This document shows, piece after piece, positions 19,277 to 26,817 of a stretch of 64,000 nt of DNA (the stretch's first letter is position 1; each line of letters starts with the position of its first letter). A program made the translations under genes and the position numbers. The notes under the pieces are model-generated. The model did no database searches, was not told the origin of the DNA, and saw nothing but the letters and a program-made list of their open reading frames with translations. Origin of the DNA: Candidatus Thorarchaeota archaeon (GTDB lineage: Archaea > Asgardarchaeota > Thorarchaeia > Thorarchaeales > Thorarchaeaceae); the NCBI GenBank assembly GCA_029855935.1, contig JAGSHN010000012.1, positions 128,001-192,000 on the forward strand, read 5' to 3'.

Positions 19277-21364
19277 GTGCGTCTGCTCTACATCAAGATA
19301 AAGAACTTCAAGCCCTTCAGCGAGCTCGAGGTGCCGACCGAGGGCGACCTTCCTGAGGGCCTGATTCTCGTACGCGGCAGGAACTCCACCGGAAAGTCGT
19401 CACTGTTCGAGGCGGTCCTGTGGGCCATCTGGGGTGCGAACGCGGTTGCTCTCTCGAACGAGGACCTGATTAATTCGAATCACACATTCATGCGGGTCGT
19501 ACTGGAGTTCGAGGTTGCAGGCACACGCTACAGGATTGATCGCTCCTACGACCGGGCAACGAGGACGAAGGTTGTTCTATCCAGACACGACGGCTCAAAA
19601 TGGGTGCCAATCGGTGACAGGGTTGGTACTGTAGAGCGTGCCATTCAAGACATTCTCAGACTTGACGTTGACCAGGCACTGAACACACTCCTCGTGCGTC
19701 AGGGTGAGGTCGCTAAGATTGCTCTATCTCGACCAGCCGAGCTCCGAGATCTGCTGGTCAAGGTCTACAATATCGATGTCATTCACGATATGGGTAAACA
19801 CATAGAGTATCTGGAGGACAATCTCAGGGCACGAGTAAAGGCGCTTGAGGAGGACTATGTCAAACCAGAGCGATTGGAGCAGGACCTACGCTCCCTCGAG
19901 GAAGAGGTTGCTACACTTGAGCGCGAGCTGGAGAAGAACACTGCCGAACTGGAGAGCCGTCGTCAGAGCCTGCAAGAACTGCCAGATGGGACCCTAGTAG
20001 ATCGGCTTGAGGCTCTTCAGGAGCAGATGGAGAATACAGAACGCGACATCTCAAGGACTCTAGAGGAGCGCAAGCACGCCCTCAAGCAGGCTGGTCTGCC
20101 TGTGGACTCGGAGGAGGCAGTCTCAGCGCGTCGGAAGGCCCTCGAGTCGCAGATTGAGCGAACGGAGAAAGAGATTGAGAAGCTGAGTCAGGAGTCTGCT
20201 TCTATCAACCAAGAGATTGGGGCAATCAAGGGACGCGAGGCAGACCTGAGAAAGAAGATCGAGACACTGCAGGACGCGTCTGCAGACGACAGTGGAGTGA
20301 CACGCTGTCCCACCTGTTCAAAGCCGCTCGCCCCCGACGAGCGCGATCACATTGTCAGCGAATACCGGGAGATGATAGAGGCTGGGCGGAAGCGGCTGAG
20401 CAAACTCACTCAGAGACGCAAGGAGATCGAGAATGATGTTCGCAAGCTCAGGCACAGACGGTCCAGCCTTGACCTGGCCCTACGTGCGATTGATGATGTG
20501 ATTCGACATGACGAGCGCATAAGGGTAGCACGACAGACTCTGGAGGAGCTCAGACGTCATCTGACATCGACGTTCAAGAAGGTGGGTGTTCCAGACCTTG
20601 ATGCCCTGCTCTCTCGATACGGTGTCAAGGACCTTCCCACACTGAGAAATCAAGCGCGGGTCCTGAAGACTCAGATTGAGGCGCTTGAGAGACGTTGCGA
20701 GGACCTGAGGCGCGATATCGATAGGAGAAAGGACCGGATTGAGGAGTTGCGAGTGGAAGTCGAGACGATGCGGCAGAGGGGGGCCGAGATTGAGGAGCTC
20801 AGGCGCTATGCGGAACATGCTCGATATGTCCGCCTGAACTTGGCCAAGGGCTTCGTGTCTGACTGGGTATTTCAAAAGCGTCTGATAGGGATAATAAGGA
20901 GGGTAACGGTCGACTATCTCGCCTCCTTCACAGCCCAGCAGTACACCTCCATAGATCTCGTGCCAGCGTCTACGGGGAGGACTCCCGGTCTTGTACTTGA
21001 GGTCTACGACCAGCGTGATGGGCTGCGCAAGAGAAAGGAGAAGCTCAGCTACGGCGACAGAACGGCTGTCAGTCTTGCACTACGTATGGGGATTGCTCGC
21101 ACGATGAGTGTCCTGCGGCCGCTGAGAGACAGTCCGTCCAATGCTCCACGTGTGAGATGCGTGATGCTGGACGAACCTCTCTCCGGTCTGGACGCCGAGC
21201 GTCGACAGGCGGTGGTCCTGAGTCTTGTCAACGACTCGAACTTTAGGCAGATCTTCCTCATCACTCACACCGAGGTACAGAACCTCGAGGGAGTGCCTGT
21301 CATTGAGGTGGAGAAGAGCGGGGACTATAGTACCGCCACGCTCGTCCTACCGTCCGAGATATGA
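19277..21364 (+). CDS. rad50: Rad50/SbcC ATPase (short) with Zn hook
   Basis: GRNSTGKSS, Q-loop RQGE, CPTC hook, LSYGD signature, LDEPLSGLD, ITH. Confidence 0.92.
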   Translation: MRLLYIKIKNFKPFSELEVPTEGDLPEGLILVRGRNSTGKSSLFEAVLWAIWGANAVALSNEDLINSNHTFMRVVLEFEVAGTRYRIDRSYDRATRTKVVLSRHDGSKWVPIGDRVGTVERAIQDILRLDVDQALNTLLVRQGEVAKIALSRPAELRDLLVKVYNIDVIHDMGKHIEYLEDNLRARVKALEEDYVKPERLEQDLRSLEEEVATLERELEKNTAELESRRQSLQELPDGTLVDRLEALQEQMENTERDISRTLEERKHALKQAGLPVDSEEAVSARRKALESQIERTEKEIEKLSQESASINQEIGAIKGREADLRKKIETLQDASADDSGVTRCPTCSKPLAPDERDHIVSEYREMIEAGRKRLSKLTQRRKEIENDVRKLRHRRSSLDLALRAIDDVIRHDERIRVARQTLEELRRHLTSTFKKVGVPDLDALLSRYGVKDLPTLRNQARVLKTQIEALERRCEDLRRDIDRRKDRIEELRVEVETMRQRGAEIEELRRYAEHARYVRLNLAKGFVSDWVFQKRLIGIIRRVTVDYLASFTAQQYTSIDLVPASTGRTPGLVLEVYDQRDGLRKRKEKLSYGDRTAVSLALRMGIARTMSVLRPLRDSPSNAPRVRCVMLDEPLSGLDAERRQAVVLSLVNDSNFRQIFLITHTEVQNLEGVPVIEVEKSGDYSTATLVLPSEI

Positions 21365-23076
21365 CCACACTCGACGCACACAAGACATTCTCTCCACTTA
21401 CAGCAAGTATATCTATACGTTCGAGAAGTCCCTATTCTATGGCGCGGCGGATGGTAAGGTTCCTTGTCCATCTTGTCACAGAGTACGGGATCCTTGTAGT
21501 CGTTCTTGGCTTCGGTCTGTACGTCTGGTTGGTCGTGTTCAATGCCGCACTTGTGGACTATCTTGATGCAAATCTGTGGCGATTCAGGGCTGTATGGCTG
21601 GGGAACGGAGACTTCACGGTCTTCGGCTACACGGTGTCGTATCACCTCGAGGGGTATTCTGACTACTCCTTCTTCTACGTCCACTGGGGGAACAACCTTC
21701 TCAATGGTGTGATGCCCTACTCCGACAGTTTCGGCCACATCTACTTGGACGGGTTGACCAACAACAACGGTCTATACATATTCCCTCCCCTGTACGCCTA
21801 TCTCTACGGGATTGGAATCGCCCTTGGTCTTGATGGCTACTGGGGGATTGGCGCAATTCTAGCTGCATTTGGTTATCTTACAGCTCTTCCGACCTACGGC
21901 CTCGCAAGGCACCTCTCTGGGAGTCGTCACGCCGGCGAAGCTGCTGCACTGACCTATCTCCTCAACCCGAATGTCCTCTATCATGTCGACTTTGTCTGGC
22001 TCAATACCTCCCCCTTCATATTCTTCTTCTTCCTGGGATTCTATCTGCTCGTCAGAGGTCACAGACATGCTGGTACTCTATCGATAGTGACAGCCGCGCT
22101 CTTCAAGCAGATGGCTTGGTTTCTGGGAATCCCCTTGGTGATCTACCTGCTCATCCGCCCCCGAAGATGCCCGCATGATGAGACCGACGCTGATGGGGCC
22201 GGTCCAGCTGATGACGAGGGAGCCGATGTCACCATTCCAGAGCCACAGGGTGACGGGGAAGAATCCTCACAGGAGGGGACTCTCGTCCGACTGTTCCATG
22301 TTCTCAACCGTGTCTTCGATCTCAAGGGCTTCATCACCAGTGCGCTGCTCGTTGTGGCCTATGTCATCGCAGTGATGCTACCGTTCCTTGTCATGTATCC
22401 CTCCCTGACACTACGGAACATCTCGCTGGCAGCAGGAGGATTTGCTCTTGACTCTTACACAGACCCTCCACCCTATGGTTCTCCAATGAGGCTACAGGTG
22501 CTTCCAGTCGTCGCCGGTCTCCCGGCCCTCGCCGAGTTTCTCGACGGGCTCATCTACAGCAAGTACCCGCTCATCTTCGGTGTCTGTCTATTGGCTGGTC
22601 TGATGTTGGTTCAGCGAAGAGACGAGGACCGACCAGTCTACTACGCGAGACGCCTGTTGTTCTTGGCTCTCATTCTGATGCTCTGGGTCCATCTCGCAGG
22701 GCCGAGAGGGGTCTACAAGTACTATTTCACGCTCTTCGCACCGTTCTTCTCAATCTTCTCGTCGTCCAAGATGGTGACGAGCAGAGAGGAACACGTGGGA
22801 TTCTCTCTGTCCATGGTGTGGTTGCCGTTCGCGCTATCCGCTCTCATCCTTCTCCCCCCGCGGGAGGTGTACCTTGCTGGTGTCCTCCTAATCTTCGTCG
22901 GCTATCTTGCAGCCGATACGGTGGGTAGTCTGTGGTTCATTGTGACCTCGCCTCTCCGCTGGCTATCACGACTACTCCATCCATATGCGCAACGTCTGAA
23001 GGGCGTTGTCGCGGCACGTGCTAGACGGGCGATGCTCTCACATCCGAATTCCGACACAGAGAACAGGGAGGGATGA
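21361..23076 (+). CDS. GT-C superfamily (GT87/PIG-M-like) membrane glycosyltransferase; alternative start 21439
   Basis: TM1, then EGYSDYSFFY loop, YIFPPL, YLLNP, AALFKQ, RGVYKYY. Confidence 0.75.
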   Translation: MTTLDAHKTFSPLTASISIRSRSPYSMARRMVRFLVHLVTEYGILVVVLGFGLYVWLVVFNAALVDYLDANLWRFRAVWLGNGDFTVFGYTVSYHLEGYSDYSFFYVHWGNNLLNGVMPYSDSFGHIYLDGLTNNNGLYIFPPLYAYLYGIGIALGLDGYWGIGAILAAFGYLTALPTYGLARHLSGSRHAGEAAALTYLLNPNVLYHVDFVWLNTSPFIFFFFLGFYLLVRGHRHAGTLSIVTAALFKQMAWFLGIPLVIYLLIRPRRCPHDETDADGAGPADDEGADVTIPEPQGDGEESSQEGTLVRLFHVLNRVFDLKGFITSALLVVAYVIAVMLPFLVMYPSLTLRNISLAAGGFALDSYTDPPPYGSPMRLQVLPVVAGLPALAEFLDGLIYSKYPLIFGVCLLAGLMLVQRRDEDRPVYYARRLLFLALILMLWVHLAGPRGVYKYYFTLFAPFFSIFSSSKMVTSREEHVGFSLSMVWLPFALSALILLPPREVYLAGVLLIFVGYLAADTVGSLWFIVTSPLRWLSRLLHPYAQRLKGVVAARARRAMLSHPNSDTENREG

Positions 23077-24542
23077 GTGCTCTGACAGACCAGCCACATC
23101 GCTCCGCGTTGAAACGGTTTCTCCGACAGCACCATGAGATCATTGTTGTCCTCGCTGTTGGGGCTGTTCTCTGGGCTGGGGTGTTTGTGGTCGCCACGCA
23201 GTCATTCGGTGGAACTCGACCTTTTCGTGCGGTGTGGAACGGGATGGGAACAGTGAACGTCTTTGGTTACCAGTTCGACTACGATTTGGAGGGCTGGTCA
23301 GACTACGACTACTACTATGTGACCTGGGGATTGGAGCTGCTTCAGGGCCGTCAGCTGTACTCGCCAGAGTTCGGTGCGATTGAGACCGAGGAGGGCACAT
23401 ACAACGCGCCGTATTTCTTCCCGCCGCTCTTTGCCTATATGTGTGCCCTCGGAGTCGCTCTTCCCATCCAGCCGTATGGTATCGGCCTGTTGATCACGCT
23501 CTGCGGATATCTCACAGCCATCCCGATCTATGGTATTGCCCATAGTCTCTCGAGGCGCGAGTCGCAGGCCCTGCTAGCCACGCTGATCTATCTGTTCAAT
23601 CCCCTGGTCCTCTACTATACTGCATTTGAATGGCTCAATTCCGCGCCGTTCACATTCTTTGGTCTGCTCGGCCTGTATCTCATGATGAGAGACCACAGAC
23701 TTGTGGGTGCCGCGACGATTGTCGTGTCAGCCCTCTTCAAGCAGACCGGCTTTTTCCTGATAGTCCCACTGTTGGCCTACGCGGCAAGACCCTCCACAGG
23801 TCTCAGAGTGTTCTCGCACGAGAAGTCCACCAAGCCCGTGATGGACTGGGTCTCTCTGAGGAATACGATGCTCGTCGTTGTGGTTGTTTCCGTGCTACTG
23901 TCACTGCCCTACATCGTGACCGACCCGGTGAACTACCTCTTCTACCTATTCGTCCGCCCCGGGACCGTCTGGATTGATGTCGAGAAGGGGCTTCCATCTC
24001 GCCAGATGCCCACCACCATTGTCTATCCCCTAATCGCAGTTGGCGCTCCTCTCCCCGTTCTGTATGCTGTCAACGTGGTCACATACTACGGCTTTGTGGC
24101 CCTGCTGGGCATTCTTGTGGTCATTATTTTCCAGCTTGTGCGTGTGACACTGGACTGGTCAGAGCCCCAATTCTCACGCAAGACATTCCTATTGCTTGTG
24201 ACCATGTACCTCTGGGTCCATCTGTGGTCTCCGCGTGGAATATACAAGTACTACTGCGTCACTCTTGTTGTTCTGCTGGCTGTGTGGAGTGCTGTGGAGT
24301 CTGCTGACTACTTGGAGCGTGGTCATGAGGTTGGGTGGGTGGTCATCCCGCTATTGGTCCTCCTCTGGTCGCTTCTCATTCTATTCACCCCTCGATGGTT
24401 CTACATTGTTCTGATTGGTCTTGCGGCCCTGGTGGTTCCCCGCAAGTATCTATTCCTGTGGTGTCGTGCGCTTGTACGGAGAATTCGGTCAATGTCGCAA
24501 TGGTCACTGCCCAGTGTAAGTGAGGCACGAGTACGGGAATAG
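23073..24542 (+). CDS. GT-C membrane glycosyltransferase, tandem paralog
   Basis: EGWSDYDYYY, YFFPPL, YLFNP, SALFKQ, RGIYKYY shared with the upstream gene. Confidence 0.75.
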   Translation: MSALTDQPHRSALKRFLRQHHEIIVVLAVGAVLWAGVFVVATQSFGGTRPFRAVWNGMGTVNVFGYQFDYDLEGWSDYDYYYVTWGLELLQGRQLYSPEFGAIETEEGTYNAPYFFPPLFAYMCALGVALPIQPYGIGLLITLCGYLTAIPIYGIAHSLSRRESQALLATLIYLFNPLVLYYTAFEWLNSAPFTFFGLLGLYLMMRDHRLVGAATIVVSALFKQTGFFLIVPLLAYAARPSTGLRVFSHEKSTKPVMDWVSLRNTMLVVVVVSVLLSLPYIVTDPVNYLFYLFVRPGTVWIDVEKGLPSRQMPTTIVYPLIAVGAPLPVLYAVNVVTYYGFVALLGILVVIIFQLVRVTLDWSEPQFSRKTFLLLVTMYLWVHLWSPRGIYKYYCVTLVVLLAVWSAVESADYLERGHEVGWVVIPLLVLLWSLLILFTPRWFYIVLIGLAALVVPRKYLFLWCRALVRRIRSMSQWSLPSVSEARVRE

Positions 24543-24577
24543 TGGCCGCGTCCCACCACAGAGAATGGTCTGCTATA

Positions 24578-25756
24578 CTACTCCCCCTCTAGACTCTTCA
24601 AGTCCTTCTTCTTCTTCGAGATCTTCCTCTTCAGACTCTTGATACGCGCATCGAGTTTCGCAATCTGCTCCTCGTAGGTGTCCTTGCTCATTGCACCAGA
24701 GGCATGCCTCTCCTCCACGTGCTCTCGGAGCTGCTCCACAGACTGAATCTCCCGCTCTAACGCAGCGATGTCGGACTTGATGCGTTCTGCTTCAGCCTCT
24801 TTCTCAGTGCGGAACTCACCAGCGGGAATTATCATTCCCAGTTGTTCCTGTGTCTTCTGTGCAAAGGCTTGAAACTGAGATCGAAGTGACTCGATGTTGT
24901 TCTGGACGCCATCAATCTTCTCGGACAGGCGCTCCATCCCCTTGCTCAGGTCAAGGACTGTGTCGACGAGTCTCCGCAGCATTTTCTCGAAGTCCTTTGG
25001 TATCTGTACTCCTGCGGCCACGGCGACTGCCTGCGATCCTGGCGCAGCAGTCGTTGGTGCAGTCACCTCACTGGGCCGCACTAGGCTCTCAGTACCGCAT
25101 AGCCACCTGAAGGCGTTCAGTGCGAGTGTCCTATTTCCCTTATTCTTGAGGCCGCCACTTCGAAAGACTTCGTAGGTACCGATGCATATCACGCGTCCCT
25201 CGCCATACTCGGCGACAGCCAGCACCGGCTGACTGGCGGGATCGGCTACCGCTGATGTGAGCGCGAGGGCCATTGCCGGACTTGAGACTCGCAGAGTACA
25301 TGCTGCTGACATCACAATCTCGGCCACGTTCTGAGTGACAGGATGCGGGACTATGTCCCTGATGATTGGCATCGTCGGCATTCCGGCATTGTTGCGAGCA
25401 TCCTTCACGGCAGTGTTCTCGAAGACTATGCCGAACTCTTTCGAGACCATACTCATGTTATTCATCAGGCCGCGATCGCCTCCTGAGAGGGAGAGTAGCA
25501 TCAGTCCCCCGCCCTCCTTGACGAATCTCTTGAGTGTGTCAATCTCCGGGGGCCTCAGTTTGGAACTGTTGGGACAGCCGAATACGATTGCACTGGCCTC
25601 TTTCAGCTTTCGCGGCAGGATCATATACTCCGTATAGGGCTCGACATCAAAGCCGTTCTCGCGGAGCAGTTTTCCCAGCTGTGAGTAGGTGGAGTCGAGA
25701 CGGCCTCGCTCGTTCTGCGTCTGGTCAAAGAATATCATCCCTTTCCTGCCGCTCAA
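24578..25756 (-). CDS. GIFT/DUF4350-domain (IFT52-like) protein with C-terminal coiled coil
   Basis: IFFDQTQNE, YSQLGKLL, EIDTLKRFVKEGGGLMLL, EFGIVFENTAV, HPVT, GEGRVICIG, NRTLALNAFRWL. Confidence 0.82.
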   Translation of the reverse strand: MSGRKGMIFFDQTQNERGRLDSTYSQLGKLLRENGFDVEPYTEYMILPRKLKEASAIVFGCPNSSKLRPPEIDTLKRFVKEGGGLMLLSLSGGDRGLMNNMSMVSKEFGIVFENTAVKDARNNAGMPTMPIIRDIVPHPVTQNVAEIVMSAACTLRVSSPAMALALTSAVADPASQPVLAVAEYGEGRVICIGTYEVFRSGGLKNKGNRTLALNAFRWLCGTESLVRPSEVTAPTTAAPGSQAVAVAAGVQIPKDFEKMLRRLVDTVLDLSKGMERLSEKIDGVQNNIESLRSQFQAFAQKTQEQLGMIIPAGEFRTEKEAEAERIKSDIAALEREIQSVEQLREHVEERHASGAMSKDTYEEQIAKLDARIKSLKRKISKKKKDLKSLEGE

Positions 25757-25854
25757 AGTGCATCACCTTTCTTGTGACAACTGGAGAATTCCTCTAATGA
25801 GACTTCCTACTGCATCGCGAACATTTTATCTCGCTCTCGCGTACAATCTCGGGT

Positions 25855-26283
25855 ATGAGCACTAACGAGGACTGCATATTCTGCAAGATTATCAGAGGTG
25901 AGATTCCAGCCTCCGTTGTCTTCGAGGACGATGTCTGCATAGCCTTCATGGACATCTTTCCGGTGAAGGAGGGTCACTGCCTGCTCATCCCGAAGAAGCA
26001 CTACACCAATATGTTCGATGTCGACCCTGACGTAGTTGCCCATCTCGGCAGACAGTTGGCAGAGTTGACACGAAAGGTAAACGCCGCTTTCAGACCCGAT
26101 GGCGTCCTCAACATAGTGGCAAATGGTTCCGGGGCCGGACAGGAGGTCCCACATCTGCACATTCACGTCGTGCCTAGGAACCATGACGACGAGTTCCGTT
26201 TTCAGTTCCCGAAGAACTATCGGGAGAAGATGGCAGAGCGTGAGGAGCTGGAGCGGGCTGCACGAAAGATTGCCGAGGCGTGA
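25855..26283 (+). CDS. HIT family nucleotide hydrolase
   Basis: DCIFCKII, GHCLLIPK, GQEVPHLHIHVVPR. Confidence 0.95.
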   Translation: MSTNEDCIFCKIIRGEIPASVVFEDDVCIAFMDIFPVKEGHCLLIPKKHYTNMFDVDPDVVAHLGRQLAELTRKVNAAFRPDGVLNIVANGSGAGQEVPHLHIHVVPRNHDDEFRFQFPKNYREKMAEREELERAARKIAEA

Positions 26284-26291
26284 GACGGCTG

Positions 26292-26729
26292 TCACTGCAG
26301 TTTCAACAGGTTCAGCCCGGTGACTTCGTCGCGCTCTCGCATCAGAGGTCGATCAAACTCTGTGATCACCACCTCAATTGTGGCTGAGACAGTACATCCC
26401 TCCATGACGTGACCGCCGTAGCATCTCCCATCTCTGTCAGCTGTCACCATATGTGCGTGGACGACAACAGTGTCATCCTCGAGTCTGGAGATGTTGCCAA
26501 CACACGACACGACCTCAAGGTCCTCCTTTAGGGAGAACGTGTGATACTGGCTTCTCTCTCTGTCAAAGTAGCCGAGAGTGGCCTGTGACACAGCGCCAAT
26601 CAGACTAAGCTGTCCACCCCTGATATCGTACTGGGTGACCAAGCGCTGTAGGCTCTGGAGGATGTCCTCTCCCGGATAGAGTCGCGCCACTATGGTGCGT
26701 CTTCTCCGCGTCTCAAGTGAGTCTGGCAT
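26292..26729 (-). CDS. PPC/DUF296 domain protein
   Basis: ARLYPGEDI, IGAV, EVVSCVGNI, HAH, GGHV. Confidence 0.92.
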   Translation of the reverse strand: MPDSLETRRRRTIVARLYPGEDILQSLQRLVTQYDIRGGQLSLIGAVSQATLGYFDRERSQYHTFSLKEDLEVVSCVGNISRLEDDTVVVHAHMVTADRDGRCYGGHVMEGCTVSATIEVVITEFDRPLMRERDEVTGLNLLKLQ

Positions 26730-26817
26730 ACCGTACCGTGTGGTCCATCCAACTAATCAATCGCGCTATGTGGGAAGTCCTTATCTGTCTAATACGTGAC
26801 GTATCTGATGAACGGCA

